Source: the human T2T-CHM13v2.0 reference genome, Homo sapiens
Reading direction: 5' to 3' (one strand)
Length of the DNA stretch: 64,000 bases
Assembly: GCF_009914755.1 (NCBI RefSeq)
Contig: NC_060926.1
Part shown: one piece after another, positions 41,231 through 56,412 of the stretch
Layout of the letters: each line of letters begins with the position of its first letter
How positions within the stretch are numbered: position 1 is the first letter of the stretch
Notes under the pieces: generated by a model
Told to the model about the DNA's origin: nothing
The model's input: only the letters and a program-made list of their open reading frames with translations
The model's database searches: none
Translations under genes and position numbers: made by a program

Positions 41231-42144
41231 TCTTGTCTCTTATCTCTTGGCTGGTAATATATTTTGTTACATTCTGATGGGATAAACATCCCGCTGGCAA
41301 ATTTCATTTTCCATTCTAGTGTCTGTCTCCAGCAATGGTTGACGGTCTTGTTATCATGAACTGTAGATAGCATGTGACTTGCTTGTAACCACAACCATGG
41401 AGGTAATGCATTCGTGCTTTGAAACCATGGGGACGGACGCAGGCTGGTCCACGGGTTCAGAAAAAGGTTTCACTGCCATTTCCCAGTATGAGAGTTTACA
41501 AAGGTGTTCATCAGGTCACCTAGCTGGGGATCTAATGCTCCATTGTTGGACTGTAGCATTGCTCTGATGCTTCAACCAGCTCCTCAGCATCCCCCCTGTC
41601 ATTCTGTTCCCATGCATTTAAAATAAGAAGGACAATCTAAATAGTATATTCCCCAGCACAACAAAAAAAATTTTTCAATAATTTTGTTTTTGCTTCCTTT
41701 TATTTAAGACCTTGAAAAATTTATAGTTATAGCACTCTGTGTAAGACAGTGCAAGGAAGTAAATTTTAAAATACCTCATCTTCTGCACATGTATTGCACA
41801 GTCATTATGACAGGGTTCAAAGCAAGAAAAATTAAAAACTGTCTGGCTTTTGTCTCAAAAATTTATCTGGCTTGATTGAAGAAGGCCAAATTGTGGAGGG
41901 AAAAAAATGGCAGAAGCACTGGCCAAAAACTCTGATAAAAACTTGAGTGTATTTATTTGGCCAGAGTTACTAGCTCAAAATTTATGTTCTTCTTAATTCC
42001 TTGTATAGGAGTCAATTAAAATGGCCCAATCCAATTCTATGTTGAAAGAAGAGCCATAGCTTTGTGGAAAGTTGAGAATTTAGGATGTTTTCATGCTGAT
42101 TTCATTGTCCTGAAATAAAATCCAAATGAAAATATGGATCAGAG

Positions 42145-42448
42145 AAGAAAGAGTGGGAAGTGGTTGGGCGCATGCTAGTCAAAGAGTACAAAATTCCAGT
42201 TAGATAGGAGGAATCAGTTCAAGGGTCTACTGTAAAACATGGTTACTGTAGTTAAAAACCAATGGATCATATTCTTGAAAACTGCTGCTAAGAGAGATTT
42301 TAAATGTTCTCCCCACAAAAAGAGATGAGCATGTGAAGTAATGAATATGTTAATCAGCTTGATTTAGCCATTCCACAATTTCAAAAAAAACATGTTGCAC
42401 ACCATTTTTATTTGTGAATTTAAAAATAAATAAATAAAAAGAAAAGAA
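42145..42448 (+). mobile_element. L1MA-type 3' end fragment
   Basis: gtcaaagagtacaaattccagttagataggaggaat...gctaagagagattttaaatgttctccccacaaaaa...gatttagccattccacaat, A-rich tail. Confidence 0.8.
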
Positions 42449-42553
42449 AACATAGAAACTGAAGGTCATCACTTAGTCATACACAGGTATCAATTACTGT
42501 GTGGCAATTCACATTGCACTTTACATACCTTGTCAAAAATAAGGGCTTTCTTT

Positions 42554-42884
<331 letters not shown>

Positions 42885-44178
42885 TGGCTTTCTTTACTAT
42901 CTTTCTAATAGATAGTGGTTTTACATCAGTTGGAATTTCTCTTCCTATTTCTGCTCTGGGTGTGTGTGCGTGTGTTTGTATGTGTGTGTGTTCAATTCCA
43001 GTAAAAACTCTGGTTCTCTAGATCAGATAGGCATACGGGCCTGTCAGGTAGTGTAAATGAGTTAAGTGGGCCAGTGTGAGTGTAAAACAACTAGACTCAC
43101 AGGGACTGTAGTCAACTAAAGAACATAAGCCCTGCCTAAAGATATTCCAAAAGATATTTTAAATCAGTGTGAAAGTCCAGGCAAGTCTACTGACTAAATA
43201 CAGCAACAAATGATCAATTTTGATCTCTTGTTGGATAGCACACTCAACGTTAAAGAGTAGACACCGGTCGTGATAGGGAACACTTTCCTCCCAGTGGGTA
43301 ACAGGTCTGATAGTGGCTTGCTTTGGAAATGCCAGAAATTCCTGACATATCTTTCAAGAAAGATAATGTGATAAATGATATGCCATTAGCTTTTTAAATA
43401 ATAAAGCAGCCTGGGATTATATATCCAACCATTCCATTTTATTTCCTTTAATAAACAAAAACACAAAAGAAAAATGTAAGCAAAACAAAACACTTTCGTG
43501 GTCTAAAATCTCTTAGAAATGATGGCGAAATTATACAACAATGTGAAAAGTAGATTTGAAGGGCTTCTTTCTTGTCCTAAGTGTAGTGTTGCACATTGAT
43601 TTATGAAGTCTCAACACGGCACAGATTTAATTAGAGCTCAATATTTTCTGGGAAATTGCCTCACAGTGGGACCTACACATTGAGAACAAAGCAGGTAATG
43701 GCTTTCAGAGACATGGCCAGGCTGCGATAACATCTACACTTTCTGTGATGGCAGCCAGCAAAGAATTAGCTATCAGTCACAAAGAAGGTGTGCTAAATTT
43801 GCAACAGAAACCCTGCATGCCAAATCTGACCCTCAGATATATTTTTCTCTTGTCCACAAAACATTTCAAAAAACTTTGGGCCAATAGGAAAAATTGGAAG
43901 AGTTTACTTTAAGAACCTTTCTTAACCACTAGAAACAGCTGGCAACACTGGGCCCTTACTCTGCCAGAGTAAAAATCTGCCAGAGCCAAAGAGTGGCTGA
44001 CTGTAGCCTTCAGATTGGGTGTGCTGTGTCCTCTCTGTTTCCAGGACTGATCACTGCCTGTTGTCTCCCAGACACCATGCCTGAGTCACAGTTGCCAATC
44101 GTCACCCCTCCTGTTGTTTTTAGACCTCACTCATTTCCCTCATTTAAAAGACCTACTTGTTTTGGGAAGCTATGTGAA

Positions 44179-44343
44179 TTTCTGTCTGAAGTTTGAGTAA
44201 AGATATTCCAACAATTAAACTTTGCACCAATTAACTTTGACATAATTCCTTTAACATATACTGTAGGACTGTATCAACTCAGTTGCAGCAGAATTCTATT
44301 GAGGTTACATAATTAGTGAACATATAAAATTTATAAGGTGCTA
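44179..44343 (+). repeat. Copy A of a ~165-bp dispersed direct repeat
   Basis: Aligns along its length to 46928-47091. Confidence 0.9.
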
Positions 44344-44515
44344 CTGAAGATCACATTTCCCAGAAGACTGTGCACCAAAGGCAGGGCTTTCTCAAACTGA
44401 GAAGGAAGCTAAATAATTTAACTGGCCTTGACAGAAAAAAAAAAATTGCCAAATCGTCTGCTCGGGCTTAAATATTATATTTACTTTGAGCGGGCCGCAC
44501 ACAAATGCAAAAAGG

Positions 44516-44962
<447 letters not shown>

Positions 44963-45218
44963 TTAAAAGCGAATCACATTTTAACACTTTCATATCTAAA
45001 GTAACAGCTGTGGAACTAATAATAACATCTCTAAGGTTTGGAATGGTACCCTCAGCATTTTCTCTTGCCCCAACCCACCACCCCCATAACAGGATGCGTT
45101 ATAACACTTGGATTTTGTTCTTTACTTCTTCTTATTTTTAGTAGATATTAAGACATCTCCATTGTAAATACACATCCCTCCTTTCTAACTGCCCATATCT
45201 CCGCCATCGGTTCAAGAC

Positions 45219-45390
45219 AGTGGTTCTCAATTTTAGTGGACAGAAATATCAACAGACTGGCTTATCAAAAATTCAAATTTTCAAGGCATCACTCCCAGAG
45301 TTAATAATTTGGTAGACTGAAAACAAGCCCTAGAAGCTGAATTTTTAAAAAGAGAACCATAGATGCACATGTTCACAGATTTTAAGGAAC
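45219..45390. mobile_element. MER5-like hAT MITE, degenerate
   Basis: cagtggttctcaa...aaattcaaattttcaaggcatcactcccagag...gccctagaagctgaatttttaaaaag. Confidence 0.55.
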
Positions 45391-45544
45391 ATGATATTTG
45401 CTTTATAATATGTACTTGCTTTGTTTTAATTACTGGGTATAAACATATTTTTACATGAAATAAAACAAGAAATCAGTCTAAAACATTTATATTTCTTACA
45501 TGATGTGGAAAAAGAAATGAGGATTAAACATCCCCATGAACGTA

Positions 45545-45853
<309 letters not shown>

Positions 45854-46148
45854 ATTTTTAAAATTATTTTTAAAGATTGAAAATTTCAGTTCCAGTAAAT
45901 ATAATTTTTGTTGATTAACAAATTAAGAACTATTTGAAAAGGTAAATATTTAAAGTTTACCTGTTAAGATTTTGTCTCAAAGGATTGATGATAGAGATTA
46001 AAAAAACTCTAGGAGGGCATTTAAATAAGAAAATTTCATCCATAATGGTATTCTGCAAACCATTTACTTTAGAAGTTAAGTTTCTGGTCTATAAAATAAA
46101 ATTACCTCTCATGTTTAAAATGACAGAAGTCTTTAAGGTGTTTCGGGC

Positions 46149-46222
46149 CTATGAATGTGTCTCATCATGTTTTTCTTCAGCATTTACTAAGTCTTCTGAG
46201 TTCTTATGAAGATCAGATTCAC
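46149..46222 (-). CDS. PDE1A: Terminal coding exon of Ca2+/calmodulin-dependent phosphodiesterase 1A (exon 46222-46106)
   Basis: Minus strand: acceptor tttgtttccttatatttttag|GT GAA TCT...; (G)ESDLHKNSEDLVNAEEKHDETHS* matches a PDE1A C-terminal variant as I recall it; donor GAG|gtaatt at 46106/46105. Confidence 0.95.
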
Positions 46223-46927
46223 CTAAAAATATAAGGAAACAAAAGCAAAACAAAACAAAATAAGGCTTTGGAAAAAACTAATAAGGTTAGGAGACTGAAG
46301 AACTTTATAAAATGTTGAAGACTGAATTTTACAATGGATTTTGTGGCACATTTTTTCAAAGACACCAAACATCTTCCTTTCAGCCTGTGGATCTACATAG
46401 TATAACAAGCTATCTTCTGTTGGTTACATAACTTTCTCAAGCTGTGATTTAATATGAAAATACAGAAATAAAATAGATGAAACATGTTTAAACATCTATT
46501 AAATCCCATGTAAAAAATCATGTTTTTTCTGAATATTTTTTAATTGGAACAAATTCCTTTAACTAAACCTTCTAATGATCAATGTTTTTTAACCATACAT
46601 TGCTTAGTTGCTATGAATATTTAAAAATGAGTATGAAAGGATAGTAGTGTTTAAGATACCACCTGTCAAGACAAACTAGTCTTGGAATCACTCAGTTTCC
46701 ATATAAACTTTCAAGAAAAATAAAATATTAGCATGGAAAAATCTTTCAACATTTCTGGAGAGGTTGTAGAGAATCTATGAAAGTAGAAGTATAAAGCAGA
46801 ATGTTTAGATGAAAGAGTCTTATTACATAAGCAACAAAGTAAACAAAATAAACAGAAATTAATTTTTGAGTCAATTACTTGAAATATCTTGATAGTTCAG
46901 GAAATAGTCATATACAATGAAAGTTTC

Positions 46928-47091
46928 TTTCTGTCTGAAGTTTGAGTAAAGATATTCTAACAATTAAACTTTGCCCAATTAACTTTGTTATAATTCCTTT
47001 AACATATATTGTAGCATTGTATCAATTCAGTTGCAGCATATTTTTGTTGAGGTTATGTAATTAGTGGACATACAGAATTTATAAGGTGCTA
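46928..47091 (+). repeat. Copy B of the ~165-bp dispersed direct repeat
   Basis: Aligns to 44179-44343. Confidence 0.9.
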
Positions 47092-48889
47092 TTACAAAAC
47101 AATTTTGTCTTTACGATATGGAGGGTTGGGACTTATCTTCTCAGCCAAGATCAAAATTTCAGGTAGTCTCATTACTTTCCTGATCATTCTTAGAGAACTA
47201 AAAACATCCTGTGATCACATTAAGTTGCCAAAATCTCAAATCAGACAATAGAAGGTCTGGTCTCATGTAATACACATCGTCAAACAAAGATAAGACTCCT
47301 TTCCCACCTTGTTTGTTACAGAACCCAGAAATGTTGCCTGTGTGTGTGGAGGGGGGTGGGGTGTGTATGGTTGATGTTTCTCTCATTTCTTGCTTGCTCT
47401 CCCTCCACTGGCTACTTTGGACTCCTAAGCATGGGAGAGAAGAAAGCTAAGAGGAGCAGCAGTGTTGTAGGATGGCTTTGCACTCACTAGACCTGGCAGG
47501 CGTTTACAGCTGCCTTTATTTTCTGTGAGCACAGTCATGGGCTCTTAACAGAATTCTTGCCAAGGACCATGGCTTTTTACCAGGTTGGTAAGACCCATGA
47601 ATCTCTGGCTTCTTTACAATGTCCACAGCCCCTGGAAATTTGCTGGTACATTTCCAGCTTCTGTCTGCTGAGGTCCCATCAGCTTTCCAAATGTGGGTGG
47701 GTACATTTGGTTCACATGACACACTCTTGAGGCATTTGTTTCCATGAATGACTGGAAGAAAAGCTGAAATCTACACAGCCGTCTCTCCTTTGGCTCACCT
47801 GCCACCATTTAACTCTTTAGATCTCTCAGGTAGGAACTAGATTCCATTCTCAATATCCTCTTAACTTCAATCTCTCCAAGGGTCTTGGTGAAGTTCTCCT
47901 CCCTTAATTTGAGGTGAAGAAGGAAGCATTTCTGCACATTTCCCAATAGCAGAGAAGTCTTTAAAGAAATCATCTTCATAAATCTTTTTTTTTTCAAGCT
48001 CAGTGACCTGAGCTTTTCATTTGTTTGAATTGGGAAAGGGTTTTATGCATCTTATTACTGAGTTTTGAACCTTCTTTGAAATTCTTGTCTCAAAAATCAG
48101 TTTTTTTCTGACATTTATCATGTTAGAGTCTTGGTTTAAATTCTGATTTAATATTCTGTTACTTAAGACTAGATTAGAACAGAACAGAACAGTCTAGAAT
48201 AGAACAGAACATAGTAAAAAGAACAGACTGAATTACAAGAAAGAAATAGAAGTAATTAACTAATTCACTGGTTCTCAAAATTTTTTAGATAACTTTTTAT
48301 AATGGGTAAAGGCCATTACTAAGGTCATCCACCACCAAATTATTTATCTTATTTCTACTGAATAAAGAAATCAGCAGTAATAAAAGAGTAAAAGAAAAAG
48401 AAAGTAATCAAATGGCAACAAGGCAGCAATTATAAAAAATAACAAATCCCCAAATGATACACATATTATGCCCAATAATAATTCTGTACATGTGATTAGC
48501 AACAATTAAAAACTATGATAAACTCAAGATAAGAGTTTCGTAGCACTGAAAAAGGGTCTTCCTTGAAAACTAAAATTCCAGCTCTTTTCAGGAGTAGACA
48601 CGCAATTGCCAAGGAATTTCATGACAGCCAGATAGCAGAGTCCTCAGCAAATCCAAATTACATTATTTTAGTTGATAAATCTTTAGTTGTAGACGCCTTT
48701 ACAATTAACTTGGGCAGTACTGCTTGTTAGTGACCCTTAGTACTTCATAAAAAAAGAAGTCATTCTGACATATCATTCTCCCATAAAGAGGAAACAATTT
48801 GCATTTTCAATCCATTAAAGATCATCTTAGATGACCTTTATGGCCCAAGAGTGTACCATATAAAGGCTTTGAGAAACACCCATATACCA

Positions 48890-49350
48890 AGGTTCCAAAT
48901 GGTTTTGAATCATAGATCCCTCTTGTAGTCTGGTGAAGCCTATGGCCAGCTTTTCAAAGTACAATTTATAAATAAAATAAAACATATATGATTACTAAGA
49001 ATTCTACTTAAAATACAGTTATCAACATATTTAAGTAAACCTAGTGATGTGCTATAGTGTTATATATGCTCCATTAATGCATTAAATTAAAAGGTCTAAT
49101 TGAAGGTCTACCTATGTAGTTTTGAAATAGTGATATAAAATGATACTTCAAGGTCGCTACACTAAATATAAGTGTATAATAGGTATATAATAAATAGATA
49201 TATAGTTCTATTGATGACAAAAATACCATAAATGTTGATGCGTATTCTTTCCTACAAATGAGGAGAATGATAAATTTCAGTTAAAGACTAGTAAAAAGAA
49301 ATCCCTCTCTAAGTATTCTGACCCTCTCTATACAACTCTGGATTAAAACT
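48890..49350. mobile_element. hAT-Charlie fragment (MER119-like)
   Basis: gtagtctggtgaagcctatgg...aaataaaataaaacatatatgattactaag...aaatacagttatcaa resembles recalled consensus. Confidence 0.45.
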
Positions 49351-50160
49351 TGATCTAGTCTAACTTCATTTTTCAGGCAAGAAATAGGTCCAGAATAATC
49401 GGTTGACTTTCTACAATGCAGATCATAAATAGATAACCTGAAGTCAAGACGGTTGGCTTTTAATTCACTGGTACTTCAAGAAGACCAGTAACGTCACTTT
49501 TGAATTTCATCTTACTGAAAGGATTTGCAATGTCATATATATAGAAAGCTGCTCATTAGGAATGAATGCAAGTGGTCTGTTCAAAGAAATTGCATATAAA
49601 CTTGTTTGTCAGCCAGGAAAAACAGTGAAAATAAAGGAACATCAATAATTCTGTTCAGTTCAAAGAGTTTTAGGTGTTCATCTCAACCAGTTTCAAAAGT
49701 TCAAATCTAACAAAATAATTTGTAAAATGATAGAAATTTTATGGGTTTGGTTTGTAAATAGAGTCTCAATTCTTCAAGGAGCAGGGAGGGGATAGTTGTT
49801 ATAGGAGAGACAGACTTACCAAAACCAACAGAAATCCTCTAAATTTAGCTAATCTAGGCTTTTAGATTGCAATTTAAGCTCACTTTTACCATATTAGAAT
49901 CATAATGTGTTAGACTCATGGTGCTGTGAATAAGACTTGCAGGGAATTACACCAAACACACTATCAAGTGGATATTAGAGACTTTTGTCCTCCAGTCAGG
50001 GTCTCACTAACTATCTGAGAAATAACCTGTTAGGATAAATTATTATACAATTGAAAATATACCAATAATAATCAATACTTTGTGAACACCAACTAGGTGG
50101 CAGACACTATTCTAAGTGCTTCACTCACCTCACTTCCCTGAATCCTCACAGCAAACTTAT

Positions 50161-50475
<315 letters not shown>

Positions 50476-51484
50476 CCCTCACAGCAATCTTATAAAGTAA
50501 GGTTGAACAATTGTGGAAGCTGAGACATAGCTTGAAAACTATCTGCCCAAAGTCTTAAAGCCAGCAAGGGGCTGGATCCTCTGACAAAGGACAACCAGAA
50601 TCTTGGCCTCTAGTTTGACTGTTTCCCAAGCTACAATCATGAGTAACCTACCCTCACCAATTCTGCTGTATTCATATGCCACCTGTCCTCTCGCTTACCT
50701 AATATTTTTCTTTAAATAGACTTTAAATATACTCCTTTAAAAATTAGTTTTGTTCTCAATAGTAATTTTCCTACCACAGAAATAAATTTGTTGTTCTTTT
50801 TGTATTTTTCTAATACCTCAAATCCATAATTAAAAGATCATTTCTCATGTAGATATAAAAAACAAAATGATTTAATAGCTTATTTTGCACTCGTTATTTT
50901 TGACTTATCTAGCCCAATAATCCCTGCATGTAAGTGGGAAAATCATCATTATGATTCTCATTTTAGAGATGAGAAAGACATGATTAGAGGGGTAGCTGAC
51001 TATTCCAACGCAAAATAGCCTAGGTGAATTTGGGAGACAGAATCACAAGCTATTCCTCAGAGCAATGCCCCAGTTAATTTTTTAAATTTAACAGCAATAA
51101 TAAATGGTGTTTGAAAAATACCACAAAATTGGTTTGTGCAGTCTTTTCAACAGAAATATTAGCTCTGAGTAACACTGCATTCTTATTTTTTCATAAGAAG
51201 AATATTACCTTTGCTATGTATAATAGTATTTCCTTAGGCATATCTCTAGGTTGCTTCAGCTTTACTTTTAGACCATTTATATAGTTTATGTTGCAGATAA
51301 CTAGAATAAATTGGTGATCAAAGATTAAAGTTACAGTCATTGGAAAAATGTAATGTAGGATAAATCAGATATTCTGATTTTAATTGGTGTTTTGGCATCC
51401 ATATAATGTAGTTTGCCTTACATGCTGGGATAAAGAAATCTATTTTAATACCAGGGGAAATACTTTCCCTATTTTTTTCCTCTT

Positions 51485-51898
<414 letters not shown>

Positions 51899-52907
51899 TA
51901 GGCAGAAGAAAAAGAAGGCTGTGAAAACAAAATTCCACTTAATTCCAAAATGTGCTAGCTCCAACCCTGTAAAATTAGAGCAAGTAATACCTTAAAGTGT
52001 TACATAAGACACAAATCAAGAAATAGGTAAATTATGTATTGGTTCATTAAAGAAAAACAGAAACATCTGATTTTGAGGAAAATACAACAATTTACTTTAG
52101 CAAGCTTTAGACTTACACCCAATGCATATGTGCTAGGCATCTAGATATGTAGAGAGTTTTACAGGTGATCTACGGAAAATGAAAAATTTATATGTATATT
52201 CATCTGCAAATCAGTGAAATTATACTCAACTTGGGGAAGCTAATACCTTGTCAGATAGCCAGAAATCTTAGTGTTTAAGTTACACTGAAATAGTTTAACA
52301 ATGTGGGAGGTAGTTCAGCTGGCTCCTTGAAAGAGTTTTCTAAAATTGGGTCTGAAGGTTGTATATGTTTTGTTGGCACACAGGTAGGAGTATGCTGTTA
52401 GTGAAGGGATGAGGAGGTACGGTGGAGCCTGAGCAAAGGCAGAGGGTTGAAAAGAAAAATGATATGCCAGGAAAGAAATGAAGCCCAGCTGAGAAAACTA
52501 CTGTGAGCTCCTACCCACTGGTTGAAGCAATTATTTCTCCATCAGAGTGTCATTCTTTTAGAGGAAGGCTCTGACACCTATTAAAATGTTATTATTCCTA
52601 GAAGGGAACTTTGTGACTGAATCGCAGATCTTCTTAAAAGAAAGCAGGCTCTGAGAGCAGGGAGATGATAAGAATGCACAGGCATTGATTGAAGGTAGAG
52701 AAGTTGGGGGTGGCAATGGAGAGAGAAGCTCTGGAGTGGTGAAGTTAAGACCATTCAAATCACACTTTATCTCTTGTAAAGAGTAGCAGGAATCAGCCAT
52801 GGAAATGATCAGATTTGGCTCGTAGAGGCAAGTTGATGTGAAAGGCAACATGGGGCTGCTCTGATTTCTCAATTAGGATGAAAAATGGGGTGAAAATTGA
52901 GTCTGAT

Positions 52908-53002
52908 GTTGGAGATACTGAAGGGTAGGAGGTTTGGAGGCAGGTAAGGGATGAGAAATTACTTAATGGGTATAATGTACACTATTCGGGTGATGGCTGC
53001 AC
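52908..53002 (+). mobile_element. Short L1PB/L1MA 3'UTR fragment
   Basis: ggggatgagaaattacttaatgggtataatgtacactattcgggtgatggctgcact. Confidence 0.75.
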
Positions 53003-53501
53003 TTGAGTGTGAGAGAAATGCCAAAAATTCACATATTCTTTATCTTTATAAATAGGACAAATTAACTGTAGAATATTGATTTTAACTATCTACCTAAGTG
53101 AGTTTCAAAAGCTAAAACTTGGAAAAAATAATCTGTAAAATGATGCAAACATTTTGGCTTTCCTTTAAATAATCTGAATAAACTATTCTGGTTGATTGAG
53201 TTTTCTTTGTAAAGCTGGATTAAGAAAACAAACAAACAACAACAACAACAAAACAAACTTCAATTGCCTTTAGTAAAAATGTCAATACATAAATCCATTT
53301 CTGTGCCTGAATGGAGAATGTTGAATATGATTGAATTTGTTTTGATGATGATAATCATGTAAAAACAAAAACAAAAAATCCTGAGGTGCATTGTTCTAAA
53401 CATAAACCATTAATTTTCACTCTCCTATACATGTACACTAGATATATACGTGTCAAATAAACATGTATCATTCATCCTTATTATGAATGGCTCTAAGAAG
53501 T

Positions 53502-53857
53502 TGATATGGTTTAGCTGTGTCCCCACCCATATCTCACCTTGAACTTAATAATCCCCACGTGTGAAGGGCAGGGCCAGGTGAAGATAATTGAATCATGGGG
53601 GCAGTTTCCCCATACTGTTCTCACGGTAGTGAATAAGTCTCACGAGATCTGATGGTTTAATAAATGGGAGGTCTCCTGCTTCTTGCCTCTCTTGCCTGCC
53701 GCCATGTAAGCCACACCTTTGCTTCTCCTTTGCCTTCTGCCATGATTGTGATGCCTCCTCAGACATGTGGAGCCGTGAGTCCGTTAAACCTCTTTCTTTT
53801 ATAAATTACCTAGTCTCAAGTACGTCTTTATTAGCAGTGTGAGAACAGACTACTACA
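53502..53857 (+). mobile_element. THE1 (THE1C/D-like) solo LTR
   Basis: tgatatggtttagctgtgtccccaccc...gagaacagactactaca; 5-bp TSD gaagt/gaaat. Confidence 0.9.
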
Positions 53858-54154
53858 GAAATCATTTAAAAAACAATTCTTAAATTTTCTGGTTTGTTAC
53901 CATTTCTCAATTTACAAGTTAAAAAATTAATTGAAGGATCTACTTTCAATGTGGAATTTTATAACATAATACTACTACTAACAAATTATTTTTCAAGTTG
54001 CTTAACTTTAAGAATGTCAGAAAAAAACAAGGCATTCATATTATGTAATTTTACCACTTATCTGAAATCTCTCACCTATAATTTTTCATTGTTCTCTTTT
54101 TTTTTTAATGGGCCCAAACATGAATATAAAAAAATGTCAAATTTTAATTCTGCT

Positions 54155-54458
54155 TTTTTTTTTTTTTTTTTTTAAGAGAGGGTCCCACTCTGGTTACCCA
54201 GGCTGGAGTGCAATGGTGCCATCATGGCTCACTGCAGCCTCCACCTCCTGGGCTCAGTTGATCCTCCCAACTTCAGACTCCCAAGTAGCTGGAACTACAC
54301 AAGCACACCACCATGCCCAGGTACTTTTTTATATTTTCTGTAGAGATGGGGTTTCGTCATGTTGCCCAGGCTGGTCTTGAATTCCTGGACTCAAGCAATC
54401 TGCTCACCTCGGCCTCCAGTAGTGTTGGGATTACGGGCATGAGCCACCATGTCCAGCT
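54155..54458 (-). mobile_element. Alu, AluJ-like
   Basis: polyT plus reverse Alu with ctcctgggctcag and ctggactcaagcaatc. Confidence 0.9.
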
Positions 54459-54614
54459 GGGAAATTCTGGCTCTTTATGCAATAACCTTAAAATGATGTA
54501 ATACACAACCACATTTATATTTTAAATTCTTCTATCTGACTAAATATGGACTAGATATATACATGTAGGATAAACATGTATAATTCATCTTTATAATGAA
54601 TGGCTCTAGGAAAT

Positions 54615-55172
<558 letters not shown>

Positions 55173-55973
55173 TCAATAATCTGTCTATATGTATTTTAGC
55201 ATGAAGTGTTACTATAGCTCAAATTATCTAATCATAAGTTATCTGTGCAGGAAATAGCATAAGAGCATAACTTAGTAAGGAGGAATAACTTAAGTTTATA
55301 ATTATTAAGAACAATATTAGTAGCAACAGTAAAAACAATAGTAAACATTCAGAAAATGCTTACTGTGTACCAAGCACTGTGCTTAGTGCTTCACATATTT
55401 TATCATCTTATCCTTTCAACACTTTTTTTTTTTTACCCAAGGTCATACACCATCTAAGTGACAGAGCTGGGCTTTCAACCCCAGAGCCATGAATTTTATT
55501 ACTAAGTTGAAGAGTTTGGTAACATGGTGCTAAGGCTCTGACTCAAAGGGGAAAGTATCTATTGATTGGAAAGGGCGGGAGCATTCCTAGTCATCTGGAA
55601 AAGCACAACAGTGAAGTTTCCAGTTGGGAAATGTGGAGTAAACATGACATTTTTCATCTTCCTTCTCTAACAAGCTACTAGTATTTGAAATTCAGTTCTT
55701 CAGGGGTGGCTGAGTAGTGTGGTAGTAAGAAGTGTGAGCAGCATTTGTAAGAAATAAGATTATCTTTTTACTACTATTCTCTGTGATAAAACCAGCAGTA
55801 GAAGATAATCTAAAAAGAATCCAGCAGCAAGGCCTGCACAAGTCCTATACCCGTGGGGATTTCAAAGTAAAGGGCTGCTAATACTATAAAGGAGAAATAA
55901 TAGACATTGGGACTCCAAGAATAATGAGAAGTTATTTTATTTAAAATCCAGTATAAATATATAACTGAAGTAA

Positions 55974-56412
<439 letters not shown>

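Larger units (their letters stand above)
39095..42109 (-). other. PDE1A: PDE1A last exon (non-coding, ~3 kb 3'UTR; distal end approximate)
   Basis: Minus-strand acceptor ttttcatttggattttatttcag|GACAATG at 42110/42109; TE-poor stretch; minus-strand AATAAA at 41952-41957, 41699-41704 and 39116-39121. Confidence 0.7.

Noticed and set aside
47790-47810. Minus-strand ATGGTGGCAG|gtgagc donor-like site in a PDE1A intron
   Set aside because: I found no convincing partner acceptor or PDE-like peptide; such motifs are common by chance.
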